Assembly (NCBI GenBank): GCA_963823185.1
Contig: CAWGKP010000013.1
Span: 135,386 to 199,385 of the forward strand
Origin: an uncultured Acidobacteriota bacterium
Lineage (GTDB): Bacteria > Acidobacteriota > Thermoanaerobaculia > UBA5066 > Gp7-AA6
Direction of reading: 5' to 3'
Length of the DNA stretch: 64,000 bases
The notes under the pieces were generated by a model, which saw nothing but the letters and a program-made list of their open reading frames with translations, had not been told where the DNA came from and searched no databases. Position 1 is the stretch's first letter. Each line of letters begins with the position of its first letter. Shown here piece after piece: positions 11,825 to 22,300 of the stretch. The position numbers were made by a program, and so were the translations under genes.

Positions 11825-12652
11825 ATGCTCGAGACGAAATACAATCGCCCCGTGAGCGACTGGAAATTCCCGCATCCCCTCTGGATCGTCGGGCACCGCG
11901 GGGCGCCGCGGCGGGCGCGGGAAAACACGATCGCGAGCTTCGACTGGGCGGAGAGCTTCGGCGTGGACGCGATCGAGCTCGACGTCCGCCAGACGCGCGA
12001 AGGGGAGGCCGTCGTCTTTCACGACGAGGACATCGCGCTCGGCTCGCAGCGCATCGCGGTCCGCCACTTCACGGCGCGCGAGATCGAGAAGCTCACGTTC
12101 TCCTCGGAGTTCGGCGAGCACAAGATCCCGAAGCTCGAGGAGGTCTTTCACCGCTACGGGCGGACGCTGCGCTACGTCGTGGAGGTGAAGACGTCGGCCG
12201 GCGTCCAGCTCGCGACGATGGCGCGCCGCGTCGCACGACTCGCGGCGGCCTACCGCGTCGCCGATCGCTGCCTCGTGGCGTCCTTCGACGCGGAGTTCCT
12301 GCGCAAGATGCGCGACGCCGATCCGGCAATCGCGACGAGTTTTCTCTTCGACCACCCGGTGGCCCTTCCGGAGCCGGGCCGCGCCACGCCGCTCTTCCCG
12401 CCGGTGGATGCGATCGGGCCGCGCAAGGATCTCGTGGCGCCGCCGCTTCTCGCCCAGGCCGCCGCGGCGAACCTCTCCGTGCACGTCTGGACGGTGGACG
12501 AGATGGAAGAGGTCGCGCGACTCGCGGCGGCGGGCGTCGCCTCGATCACGACGAACGCTCCGGACGCCGCGCTCCGGCTGCGAGACGGCGAGGGTCGCGA
12601 GGAGCGCCACGTGGCGCTGCGGCCGGTCGCGACGGCCGAGCCGGTCAACTAG
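11825..12652 (+). CDS. glycerophosphodiester phosphodiesterase family protein
   Basis: ATG at 11825 within the 307-aa track ORF. The GP-PDE catalytic region WIVGHRGAPRRARENTIASF...GVDAIELDVRQTREGEAVVFHDEDI is present. Confidence 0.85.
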   Translation: MLETKYNRPVSDWKFPHPLWIVGHRGAPRRARENTIASFDWAESFGVDAIELDVRQTREGEAVVFHDEDIALGSQRIAVRHFTAREIEKLTFSSEFGEHKIPKLEEVFHRYGRTLRYVVEVKTSAGVQLATMARRVARLAAAYRVADRCLVASFDAEFLRKMRDADPAIATSFLFDHPVALPEPGRATPLFPPVDAIGPRKDLVAPPLLAQAAAANLSVHVWTVDEMEEVARLAAAGVASITTNAPDAALRLRDGEGREERHVALRPVATAEPVN

Positions 12653-12698
12653 ACGCCGCCGATCGGCGCCGGGGTCCGCGTGCGGCCGGGCTGCGGCG

Positions 12699-13433
12699 CT
12701 ACGGCGCGATCACGACGTGCGTGCCGCCGTAGACCTCGAGCGCCGCGCCGGTGATGGCCGCGGCGTCGTCGGAGGCGAGGAAGAGCACGGTGCGCGCCAC
12801 GTCGCGCGGCCAGAGCTTCTCGGCGAGCGGCGATGCGCGCTCGGCGGCGCCCGTCTCGTCCAGCCGGTTCTCGACCGCGCCGGGACAGACGGCGTTGACG
12901 GCGATGTTGTGCTCGCGAAACTCGCGCGCGAGACTCTGCGTCAGGCCGATGAGCCCGAATTTCGCCGCGCTCTGCGCCGAGACGTTGGCGTCGCCGCGGA
13001 TGCCGTGGACCGAAGCGAGGTTCACGATGCGGCCGCGGCGCCGCTTCACCATGCCCGGCAGGACCGCCCGACAGAAGTTCGCCGCGCCGGTCAGGTTCGT
13101 CGCGATCACGCGATCCCAGTCTTCCGGCGTCAGCTCCAGGAACGGGCGCCAGACGAAGACGCCGGCGTTGTTGACGAGAACGTCCACGGGCCCGAGCTCC
13201 GCCTCGGCGCGCCGGACGCACTCCTCGGCGGAGCCGCGCGCCGTCACGTCGGCCGGAAGAACGAGCCCGCGGCCGCCCGCCTTTCGCACGAGACGCTCCG
13301 TCTCCTCGAGCTCGCTCTCGCTTCGCGCGACGAGCGCGACCCTGGCGCCCTCTTCCGCGAAACGCAAAGCGACGGAGCGGCCGATGCCGCGGCCGGCGCC
13401 CGTCACGATGACCGTGTGATCGCGGAACTTCAC
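12699..13433 (-). CDS. short-chain dehydrogenase/reductase (SDR) with atypical active site (QxxxK instead of YxxxK)
   Basis: GTG at 13433 (cac at 13431-13433). Motifs VIVTGAGRGIGRS, NNAG and NLAS are present, then ...SAQSAAKFG. The rest of the 610-aa track ORF upstream is shadow. Confidence 0.85.
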   Translation of the reverse strand: MKFRDHTVIVTGAGRGIGRSVALRFAEEGARVALVARSESELEETERLVRKAGGRGLVLPADVTARGSAEECVRRAEAELGPVDVLVNNAGVFVWRPFLELTPEDWDRVIATNLTGAANFCRAVLPGMVKRRRGRIVNLASVHGIRGDANVSAQSAAKFGLIGLTQSLAREFREHNIAVNAVCPGAVENRLDETGAAERASPLAEKLWPRDVARTVLFLASDDAAAITGAALEVYGGTHVVIAP

Positions 13434-13906
13434 GCGCGCACGCTCGCGAGATCGTCGAAGAGATCGCGATGAAAGAGCTTTCCGGGGTCGCCGCCCGTGA
13501 AGGTGGGCCCGGCGAGGAGCCGCACGTCGCCCTCGCGCGGGGGCGGCTGGTCGATGCGGACGCGGTGCACGACGAGCGGAAACAGGTGCCGCTCGGGGTC
13601 GCGCGGGCACACGCGCCCGCGGCCGGCGCGCGCCTGGACCGTCGCCGTCATTGCCGGATGGAGATACAGGAGCGTCGCGCGACGGCGCCGGATGAGGTTG
13701 ACCGCCGTTCGGCTCGTCGCGAGCACCGCCACGGCGAGCTCGGTCGGCGAGTTCGCGCGCACCTCGCCCGGCGTCAGGAGCGCGGCGCGCGGGAAGCCTC
13801 CGGCGTCGGCCGTCAGGAGGGGGAGCACGAGGCGGCGCCGCCGGCGAAACGCCTCGCCCGAGAGCGCTCGGAGCAGCTCCGACGGCAGGCGATCGAACTC
13901 CTTCAT
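13430..13906 (-). CDS. hypothetical protein (possibly a PNPOx-like split-barrel; weak)
   Basis: 158-aa ORF whose stop overlaps the SDR start (GTGA). No firm motif; the family call is an impression only. Confidence 0.45.
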   Translation of the reverse strand: MKEFDRLPSELLRALSGEAFRRRRRLVLPLLTADAGGFPRAALLTPGEVRANSPTELAVAVLATSRTAVNLIRRRRATLLYLHPAMTATVQARAGRGRVCPRDPERHLFPLVVHRVRIDQPPPREGDVRLLAGPTFTGGDPGKLFHRDLFDDLASVRA

Positions 13907-13964
13907 CCCCGGAGAAGTCTAACGTCCGCGCGGCCCTTCGGAGTCGAAGGCATATGATCGCGGC

Positions 13965-14717
13965 ATGAAGCGGTACGCCGCTTTGCTCGCCCTTTCGCTC
14001 CTGGCCGCCGCCGCGGCGGCCGACGAGAAGGCGGATGCGGTCGGGCACGACCTGATCGCCGCGCTCGGCGGACAGGCCGCCTGGGACGCCGCGCGGCAGT
14101 TCCAGTTCGATTTCGTGGTCGAGAAGGACGGCCAGGTGATCGCCCGCTTCTCGCACGCCTGGGATCGCTACACGGGCGACTATCGCCTGACCGGCACGGA
14201 CAAGGCCGGCGCGCCCTTCGCGGTCTACTTCAACGTGAACACGCGGCAGGGCAAGGTGTTCGTCAACGGCCGGTCGGTGGAAGGCGAGCCGGCGGCGCAG
14301 CACCTCGAGAATGCATATGAGCGATTCATCAACGACACTTATTGGCTCCTCGCGCCCTGGAAGGTCTTCGATCCGGGAGTGAACCGTTCCTACGATGGCG
14401 AGAAGCCGTGTCCCGGCGGGGGCGTGTGCGACGTCCTGAAGCTGACGTTCGGAGAGAACGTGGGCCTGACGCCGCGCGACACCTACTGGCTGTGGATTCC
14501 GCGCGAGGGGCACCGGATGGTGCAGTGGCAATACGTCCTGAACGGCGCCGCCGAGGCGCCGACGACGGTCGCCTGGAACGACTGGCAGAAGCTCGGCGGC
14601 ATTTGGCTCTCGCTCGACAAACCGATGGTGGGCCGGCCGGTGGCGATCCGGTTCGAGAACACGTCCGTTTCCTCCACGCGCGACGACGCGCTCTTCCGTC
14701 CGCCGCCGAGTCCCTGA
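13965..14717 (+). CDS. secreted hypothetical protein
   Basis: 250-aa ORF with an N-terminal signal peptide MKRYAALLALSLLAAAAAADE. The composition is not low-complexity. Confidence 0.6.
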   Translation: MKRYAALLALSLLAAAAAADEKADAVGHDLIAALGGQAAWDAARQFQFDFVVEKDGQVIARFSHAWDRYTGDYRLTGTDKAGAPFAVYFNVNTRQGKVFVNGRSVEGEPAAQHLENAYERFINDTYWLLAPWKVFDPGVNRSYDGEKPCPGGGVCDVLKLTFGENVGLTPRDTYWLWIPREGHRMVQWQYVLNGAAEAPTTVAWNDWQKLGGIWLSLDKPMVGRPVAIRFENTSVSSTRDDALFRPPPSP

Positions 14718-15583
14718 AACGCGCCCGCCTCCTCGCGCCCGTTCTGCTCGCCGCGGCCGCCGTCGGCGCCTCGCCCGCGACCTACGAGACGCTCCGGACG
14801 CCGAGCCTCCCGCGGCCCGCGCGCGTCCTGCTGCTGCGACCGCCGTCGTTCGCCTCGCACCCCGAGCGCCGATACCCGGTCCTCTACTTCCTCCACGACG
14901 CGTGGAGCGACGAGACGGCGCTCGAGGAGTACGGCGTCGCGGAGGAGCTCCATCGGCTCATGAGCGCCGGCGAGCTGCCGGAGTTCCTCGTGGTCGCCCC
15001 GGGCGCGCGCGGCTCGTGGTTCTCGGACTCCCACGACGGGAAGGATCTCTGGGAGAAGTTCGTGCGCGAGGAGCTGCCGCGCTGGATGGAGGAGAAGAAT
15101 CGCGCGATTCCCGGCCGGAAGGCCCGCGGCGTCTCCGGGATCTCGATGGGCGGCTATGGCGCCGTCAAGATCGCCTTGAAGTATCCCGACTTCTACGGAT
15201 CCGTTTCGGCGCTGTCCGGCGCGCTCATTCCGTTCGGCCGCGAGGACCTCGACCGCTACAGTTTCCTGGCGCGCTGGACGATCCTGCACGTCTTCGGGCG
15301 CTCGCGGACCGACAACACGCTGGCGGAGAACGACGTCTGGGAGCTCCTCTCGGCCTCCCATTTCGATGCCTCGCCGTTTCCGCTGTATCTGCGGGGCGGG
15401 ACGGAGGACGTGTACGGCCTCGGGCGCGTCGCGGCGCAGTTCGCGGCCTTCGCGGCGGACCATGGCATCGCGGCGACCGCGGTGCTCGAGCCGGGCGTCC
15501 ACGACTGGACCTACTGGCGTCGCGCGCTCCTCCCCATCGTGCGATGGCACGCGCGTCAGTTTTCGTATGATTCGGACCGATGA
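14714..15583 (+). CDS. esterase-family alpha/beta hydrolase (putative esterase / S-formylglutathione-hydrolase-like), start uncertain
   Basis: Signal-like KRARLLAPVLLAAAAVGASPA, then YPVLYFLHDAWSDE and the nucleophile elbow GISMGGYGA. No ATG/GTG/TTG lies in frame near the signal peptide, so I placed the start at CTG 14714 as a placeholder. The track ORF start at 14342 lies inside the previous gene. Confidence 0.7.
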   Translation: MKRARLLAPVLLAAAAVGASPATYETLRTPSLPRPARVLLLRPPSFASHPERRYPVLYFLHDAWSDETALEEYGVAEELHRLMSAGELPEFLVVAPGARGSWFSDSHDGKDLWEKFVREELPRWMEEKNRAIPGRKARGVSGISMGGYGAVKIALKYPDFYGSVSALSGALIPFGREDLDRYSFLARWTILHVFGRSRTDNTLAENDVWELLSASHFDASPFPLYLRGGTEDVYGLGRVAAQFAAFAADHGIAATAVLEPGVHDWTYWRRALLPIVRWHARQFSYDSDR

Positions 15584-16299
15584 CGGCCTCGGGATCGAAC
15601 GGCCACCGGCTCGTTCTCTTCGACATCGACGGGACGCTGCTCTCCGCCGGCCGCGCCGCGCGTGAATCCGTGCTCGCGGCGCTCGAAGCGGTCTATGGAT
15701 GGAGGTCGGATCCGGATGTGCCGCGGGAGGGCAAATACGATTTCTCGGGAAAGACGGACCCGCAGATCGTGCGGGAGCTCGTCGGAGATCACGTCGGCGT
15801 CGAGCGCCGGGAGGCGGATCTGCCGCGCGCCCTCGCGCTCTATCTCGAGGAGCTGCGGCGCCGGCTGAGTCCCGAGGCGGTCGTGCCGAAGCCCGGGATC
15901 GCCGAGCTGCTGCGGCGGCTCGCCGCCCGGCCGGGAATCACGCTCGCGCTCCTGACCGGGAACATCGAGGCCGGCGCGCGGATGAAGCTCGAGCCTCCCG
16001 GTTTCAACGCCTACTTTCCCTTCGGCGCGTTCGGAAGCGACTCCGCGGACCGCTACGAGCTGCCGCCGGTCGCCGTGGCGCGCGCGCGGGAGCACAGCGG
16101 GCGGGAGTTCTCGGGCAAGTCCGTCGTGATCGTGGGCGATTCGGTGCACGACGTCGCGTGCGGGCGGTCCCTGGGCGTGCGATCCGTGGCCGTCGCCACC
16201 GGCCCGACGCCGGCGGAGCGCCTCGCCTCCGAGCGCCCGGACGCCCTGCTTTCCGATTTCTCCGACGTGGACGCGGGGATGGCGGCGATCCTCGGATGA
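15580..16299 (+). CDS. HAD-superfamily hydrolase (phosphoglycolate-phosphatase-like)
   Basis: Motif I LVLFDIDGTLL, motif II LLTGN and motif IV GDSVHD. ATGA overlap with the esterase stop. Confidence 0.85.
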   Translation: MTASGSNGHRLVLFDIDGTLLSAGRAARESVLAALEAVYGWRSDPDVPREGKYDFSGKTDPQIVRELVGDHVGVERREADLPRALALYLEELRRRLSPEAVVPKPGIAELLRRLAARPGITLALLTGNIEAGARMKLEPPGFNAYFPFGAFGSDSADRYELPPVAVARAREHSGREFSGKSVVIVGDSVHDVACGRSLGVRSVAVATGPTPAERLASERPDALLSDFSDVDAGMAAILG

Positions 16300-17483
16300 G
16301 ACACGCGGCCGCGGCTTTCGCGCTTCTGACGCTCGCGTCGCTCGGCTGCGCCGGCGGAGGCGCCGGATCGGCTCCGCCCGCCTCGGCTCCTGCGGCGGCC
16401 GCGTCGCCGGCGGGCGCTTCCGTGCCGGCTCCGGGGAACGCCCCGTTCACCGCCGCACCCGCCGCCGCGCACGACGTTCGCGTGACGGTCGACACGCGCG
16501 CCGCCCGGGAGATCCTCCTGTCGCTGGCGCGGCCCAAGTGGGAGCCGACCGACATGAAGCTGCTCGAAGACATGACGCCGATCCGGCTCACGATTCAGGA
16601 CTCGAGCCGCGACGACGAGACGTTCCAGCGGGACTTCGGGGCGGCGTGGAACCCGGAGAACCGGACCGCCGTCTTCGACTTCGCGACGATTCGCCGGGAG
16701 CTCGATCGGTGGCAGGTGCTGCTCGAAGCCGTGAACTCCGGCCGCGCCGAGCTCGAGCGCGAGAGCGCCCGTCGCGCGGCGGCGCTCTTGCCGGGAGACC
16801 GGGTCGTCTCCGCGAAGCTCACGGTCTACATCAGTTTCGGTCTGGCGGGCCTCGCCGATCACATGGTCGCGCGCCTGCCCGACGGAACGCCGGTCCTGGT
16901 GGTGGACCTCGCGCGCGTCCTCGGCGACGTCGAGCCCGCATCCACGAATCAGGTCTCGCGGCTCGTGCGCCTGATTTCCGGGGAGGCCTTTCGAATCGCC
17001 TGGGCGACCTACCGCGAAGGCAGTCCCGCCTGGGGGCGGCTGCCCGCGGCGCTCGGCTCGCTCGAGCCGCTCGTCCGCGTCACGGCGGAGTCGGGGCCGG
17101 TCGCGCTCTACGGCATCGAGGAGAGCTTCTTTCCGCTGTCGACCTGGCTCAAGGAGCCGATGCAGCGCAGCGTGAACGACCTCAATCGAATGGCCGAGCG
17201 GCTGATCGAGTCGGAGGCGGACCTCGAGACGCGCGTCTCGCTCTCGAGCGAGGTCAAGCGCCCCGACTTCGTGCGTCGCGTCGCGGGCCCTGCCGGGGCC
17301 TACATGGCCGACGGCATCGTCCAGATTTCGGGGGTCGACGGCCTGCGCCGGACGCTCGCGCAGGGGCCGGTCGCCTTTTTCCAGGCCTACGAAGCGGCCG
17401 GGGCGAAGCTCAAGGAGCTCCCGCCGTTCTCCAAGTCCGTCGTCGATCGGATCGCGGCGGCCGCCGCGGCGCCGCGGAAGTAG
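16296..17483 (+). CDS. hypothetical secreted/lipoprotein-like protein
   Basis: ATG at 16296 overlaps the HAD stop (ATGA). Signal peptide MRHAAAAFALLTLASLGCAGG has a lipobox-like SLGC. The track ORF start at 15699 is out of context. Confidence 0.65.
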   Translation: MRHAAAAFALLTLASLGCAGGGAGSAPPASAPAAAASPAGASVPAPGNAPFTAAPAAAHDVRVTVDTRAAREILLSLARPKWEPTDMKLLEDMTPIRLTIQDSSRDDETFQRDFGAAWNPENRTAVFDFATIRRELDRWQVLLEAVNSGRAELERESARRAAALLPGDRVVSAKLTVYISFGLAGLADHMVARLPDGTPVLVVDLARVLGDVEPASTNQVSRLVRLISGEAFRIAWATYREGSPAWGRLPAALGSLEPLVRVTAESGPVALYGIEESFFPLSTWLKEPMQRSVNDLNRMAERLIESEADLETRVSLSSEVKRPDFVRRVAGPAGAYMADGIVQISGVDGLRRTLAQGPVAFFQAYEAAGAKLKELPPFSKSVVDRIAAAAAAPRK

Positions 17484-17499
17484 TGGCGCGGCCGACGCG

Positions 17500-18819
17500 A
17501 TGGACTCCTACCTCGCGCTCGAGAAAACGCTTCTCCTTCTCTGCGCGGACCTCGCGATCATCGTCGCGGCCGCGCGACTCTTCGGCTGGCTCTTCGGGAA
17601 GGTCGGCCAGCCTCCGGTCGTGGGCGAGATTCTCGCCGGCGTCATCCTCGGGCCGTCGCTCCTCGGGCGCCTCTACCCGGGAGTGATCCAGACGCTCCTT
17701 CCGCCGAAGACGGCGTCGCTGCTCTCGGCGTTCGCGCAGATCGGCCTCGTCCTGCTCATGCTGCTGATCGGCCTCGAATTCCCGTTCGACCGGATGCGGC
17801 ACGCGGCGAAGGCTTCGATTTCCGTGGCGGTGGCGGGCGTCGTGGTGCCGTTCGCGTCGAGCTACGCGCTGGCGGGATGGCTCTACCGGCTCGCACCGGG
17901 CGCCTCGTCGCTCGGCGCCTTTCGGCTCTTCTTCGCGACCGCCGTGTCCATCACGGCGATTCCGATCATGGGCCGCATCCTCATCCACACGCGGCTGACG
18001 CGCACACGAATGGGTCTGACGTCCATCACGGCGGCGGCGCTCGACGACGTCCTGGGATGGCTTCTGCTCGGCGCGGTGGTCGCGACGGTGACGCACGGCG
18101 GAATGGATCTCGGCCGTCTGGGGCTCTCCTTGGCGGGGGTCCTTGCCCTCGGAACGGGATTCTGGGCGCTCGGACGCTACGGCCTGACGCGTCTGAAAGT
18201 GCCGCGCACGCCGAGCGGGGGATTGAGCGCCGGCGCCCTCGCGGGCGTCCTGACCGCGGCGTTCACCTGCGCGATGATCACGAACGCGCTCGGCGTCTTC
18301 TCGATCTTCGGGGGTTTCCTCTGCGGCATCGCCGGCTCGTTCAACCGGGACCTGCGGGAGGCGATCAAGACGTCGATCGGCGATCTCGTGGCCGTGCTCT
18401 TCCTCCCGATCTTCTTCGTGTTCTCGGGCCTGCGCACCGACGTCGGGAGTCTCGGTTCCGACGCACGCCTGTGGCTCGCGCTCGCCGCCGTGGTGGCGGT
18501 CTCCTGTCTGTCCAAGTTTGGCGCGACGGCCCTCGCGGCGCGCGGTGCGGGATTGCCCTGGAAGGAATCCCTTTCGATTGGCCTGCTCATGAACACACGG
18601 GCGCTGATGGCGCTCGTCGTCATCAACATCGGCGCGGACATGGGCGTCGTCTCGCCGGCCGCCTTCTTCTGGCTCGTCACGATGGCGCTCTTCACAACGG
18701 TCATCACGACCCCGATCCTGCGGCGGGCCTACCCGAGCCCGGAGGCCGCGGGAGCCTGGGCGGACGATCCGCCGGAACCGCGGAATGTGGCCGGGGTCAA
18801 GGGCTTACGCCTGTCCTGA
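17500..18819 (+). CDS. cation:proton antiporter (CPA2 / Na+-H+ exchanger family)
   Basis: 439-aa polytopic ORF. The N-terminus ...GKVGQPPVVGEILAGVILGPSLLG is typical of Kef/CPA2-type exchangers. Confidence 0.88.
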   Translation: MDSYLALEKTLLLLCADLAIIVAAARLFGWLFGKVGQPPVVGEILAGVILGPSLLGRLYPGVIQTLLPPKTASLLSAFAQIGLVLLMLLIGLEFPFDRMRHAAKASISVAVAGVVVPFASSYALAGWLYRLAPGASSLGAFRLFFATAVSITAIPIMGRILIHTRLTRTRMGLTSITAAALDDVLGWLLLGAVVATVTHGGMDLGRLGLSLAGVLALGTGFWALGRYGLTRLKVPRTPSGGLSAGALAGVLTAAFTCAMITNALGVFSIFGGFLCGIAGSFNRDLREAIKTSIGDLVAVLFLPIFFVFSGLRTDVGSLGSDARLWLALAAVVAVSCLSKFGATALAARGAGLPWKESLSIGLLMNTRALMALVVINIGADMGVVSPAAFFWLVTMALFTTVITTPILRRAYPSPEAAGAWADDPPEPRNVAGVKGLRLS

Positions 18820-18874
18820 TTGCCGACCACCTTCGTGACGCGGCAGAACTGCTAACATCCGACCACGAGGCGCC

Positions 18875-19267
18875 ATGCAAACCGCCGGCTTCCGCAGGCT
18901 CGACTTCCAGATCGACGAGGAGATCTTCGGCCATCGGTCCGGTACGGTCGTCCCGCGTTATTCGGCCGACCGCGCGGCCGCCGAGCAGGTCGTGCGGAAG
19001 GTCAAGCAGCTCTATCCTGACTGGCGGTTCGCCCTCTCCGAGGACCAGTGGGGTTACACCGCCACCTGGCAGTGCCCCGGGCGTCCCTCGGTGATGCCTT
19101 TCGTGACTCTCGGTCAGCACCGCTCTCCGACGATGACCGTCGCGATCGCGAGGGCCTGCCTCGTGGCCGTTCTGGCCATGCGCCGCTACGAGGAGCGCCG
19201 CCAGGCGCGCCTGGGCGCCGCGGCGCCCGAAGCGGCGCCGAAGTCCGAGCAGAAGCAGTCGGGCTGA
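18875..19267 (+). CDS. hypothetical protein
   Basis: 130-aa ORF of ordinary composition with no recognisable motif. Confidence 0.45.
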   Translation: MQTAGFRRLDFQIDEEIFGHRSGTVVPRYSADRAAAEQVVRKVKQLYPDWRFALSEDQWGYTATWQCPGRPSVMPFVTLGQHRSPTMTVAIARACLVAVLAMRRYEERRQARLGAAAPEAAPKSEQKQSG

Positions 19268-19291
19268 CGGCCCACCCCGCCTGAGTCGCCG

Positions 19292-19309
19292 CGACCCGGT
19301 TTCGGGTCG
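19292..19309 (+). terminator. GC hairpin downstream of the 18875-19267 ORF (weak terminator candidate, no U-tract)
   Basis: CGACCCG-GTTT-CGGGTCG forms a 7-bp perfect stem, 25 nt after the stop codon. Confidence 0.3.
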
Positions 19310-19345
19310 ATTCCTGTGCCTCCGATATAGGAAAAAGGTGGGGCC

Positions 19346-19380
19346 TTGCGGTGGGAAAAGTTTGTACTTAGAATGTACAA
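19346..19380 (+). promoter_or_regulatory. sigma70-like promoter with an inverted repeat bracketing the -10 box, upstream of the surface-protein gene
   Basis: -35 TTGCGG (19346-19351), a 17-nt spacer, then -10 TAGAAT (19369-19374). A perfect inverted repeat, TTGTAC (19362-19367) and GTACAA (19375-19380), flanks the -10. This is an AT-rich patch in otherwise GC-rich DNA, 19 nt upstream of GTG 19399. Confidence 0.4.
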
Positions 19381-19398
19381 CAAATTCCTAGGATAGCC

Positions 19399-22300
19399 GT
19401 GAACCGCCGGCGGCATTGGCCGTCTTCTGCGCACGCTGCGTTGTGTGCGCTGACTGTCTCTCTTGTGTCATCGAGTGTCGCGAGCGGACAGGTTTGCGCG
19501 ACCCCGGGCAAAGACGGATCGGGCGGCACGCTCGCGGGCGTCGTCAACACCTACTACCCGGCCACGGCTTCGGTGGCGGCCGGCGCGACCTCGATCACGC
19601 TGGGCGCCGCAACCGGCGCCTCGACGGCGATCGCCTCCGGCGACCTGCTTCTCGTCATCCAGATGCAGGACGCGGAGATCAACTCCGCGAACACGTCCTC
19701 TTACGGGGACGGCGTCGCGGGCGATCCCGGGCAGGGCGCGTCCAGCCTGAACGGCACGGGAGGGTACGAGTACGTGGAGGCCACGAGCGCCGTCACGCTC
19801 GCCGGAGGATCGGTGTCGATCCTCGGCACCGGCACCGCAGGCGGGCTCCTGAACGCCTACTCGAATGCCGCGGCGACCGCGACACGCGGGCAACGCCGCT
19901 TCCAGGTCGTGCGCGTTCCGCAGTACTCGAGCGCGACTCTGGGTTCGACGCTCACGGCGGGCTGGTGGAACGGAACGACCGGCGGAATTCTCGCGATCGA
20001 CGTCTCGGGAGTGCTCACGCTCGGCGGCGCGACCGTGAGCGTGGACGGCACCGGATTCCGCGGGGCCGGAGGACGCCTCCTGAACGGCGACAACGGGGGC
20101 AGCAATACCGACTACCGCTCGGTTTCGACGCAGGACTACCACGGCGGAAAGGGAGAGGGCATCGCAGGCACGCCGATGTGGGTCCTCGATCCCTCGACGA
20201 GCACCGTCATCTCGACCTTGGTCGAGGGATATCCCAACGGCAGCATGGCGCGCGGCGCTCCCGGAAACGCCGGCGGCGGCGGAACCGACGGCCGCACGAG
20301 CCAGAACGACCGGAACTCGGGCGGCGGCGGGGGCGGAAACGGCGGCGTCGGCGGTCAGGGCGGAAACACCTGGTCCTCGGACCTCGCGCGCGGCGGATTC
20401 GGAGGGTTTTCCTTCACGGCCAGCGCGCCCCTGGTGATCCTGGGCGGCGGGGGTGGCGCGGGGACCCGCAACAACGACTCGGGCATTGCCTCGAGCGGCG
20501 GCGCGGGCGGCGGGCTCGTGCTCGTGCGCGCGGGAAGCGTCAGTGGCGCGGGCACGATCACGGCCAACGGGGCGAACGGCCAGACCGGCGTCAGTGACGC
20601 CGGCGGCGGCGGCGGCGCGGGCGGAACGATCGTCGTGACGACGTCCTCCGGGAGTCTCTCGAGCCTGACCGTCACGGCGCATGGCGGACAGGGCGGAGAC
20701 GGCTGGCCGGCTCAGGGTCCCGGGACCGGGTGCCCGGGCGGCGATGCCTGCAACTACCATGGTCCTGGCGGCGGCGGGGGAGGCGGCGTCGTCCTCCTGT
20801 CGAGCGCGCCCGCGTCAGCGGACGTCTCGGGCGGCGTCAGCGGCACGACGACGACGGATCAGATCGCGTACGGCGCGACTTCCGGCGCAACCGGCTCGAC
20901 GAGCAGCATCGTGACGCCCGGCCAGATTCCGGGCGTGGGCTCGGGCGCGTCCTGTGCGCCGCCGACACCGACCCCGACATCCACGCCGACCGCCACGGCG
21001 ACGCCGACGTCCACGCCGACCCGCACTCCGACGTTCACGCCGACGGCAACCGCAACGGCGACGCCTACGGCCACGCCAACGTCGACTTCTACGCCGACGC
21101 CGGTGCCGCCCACGGCGACACCTACGCCGACGAGCACTCCGACTGCGACGCCACGAACGTTCACGCACGACCTTCACTTCCACGCCGACGATCACGCCGT
21201 CGCCGACGCCGACTCAGACGCCGACGTTCACGGCGACGGCGACGCCTACTGCCACGCCAACTTCGACTTCTACGCCGACGCCGGTGCCGCCCACGGCGAC
21301 ACCTACGCCGACGAGCACTCCGACTGCGACACCCACGTCAACGCCGACGATTACGCCGTCGCCGACGCCGACTCAGACGCCGACGTTCACGGCGACGGCG
21401 ACGCCTACGGCCACGCCAACTTCAACTTCTACGCCGACGCCGGTGCCGCCCACGGCGACACCTACGCCGACGAGCACTCCGACTGCGACACCCACGTCAA
21501 CGCCGACGATCACGCCGTCGCCGACACCGACTCAGACGCCGACGTTCACGGCGACGGCGACGCCTACGGCCACGCCAACTTCAACTTCTACGCCGACGCC
21601 GGTGCCGCCCACGGCGACACCTACGCCGACTGCCACGAGCACTCCGACTGCGACACCCACGTCAACGCCGACGATCACGCCGTCGCCGACACCGACTCAG
21701 ACGCCGACGTTCACGGCGACGGCGACGCCTACGGCCACGCCAACTTCAACTTCTACGCCGACGCCGGTGCCGCCCACGGCGACACCTACGCCGACGCCCG
21801 AGCACGCCGACTGCGACACCCACGTCAACGCCGACGATCACGCCGTCGCCGACGCCGACTCAGACGCCGACGTTCACCGCGACGGCGACGCCTACGGCCA
21901 CGCCAACTTCAACTTCTACGCCGACGCCGGTGCCGCCCACGGCGACACCTACGCCGACGAGCACTCCGACGTGCGACACCCACGTCAACGCCGACGATCA
22001 CGCCGTCGCCGACGCCGACTCAGACGCCGACGTTCACCGCGACGGCCACGCCTACGGCCACGCCAACTTCAACTTCTACGCCGACGCCGGTGCCGCCCAC
22101 GGCGACACCTACGCCGACGACGACACTCCGACGGCGACACCCACGTCAACGCCGACGATCACGCCGTCGCCGACACCGACTCAGACGCCGACGTTCACCG
22201 CGACGGCCACGCCTACCGCCACGCCAACCTCAACTTCTACGCCGACGCCGGTGCCGCCCACGGCGACACCTACGCCGACTGCCACGAGCACGCCGACGGC

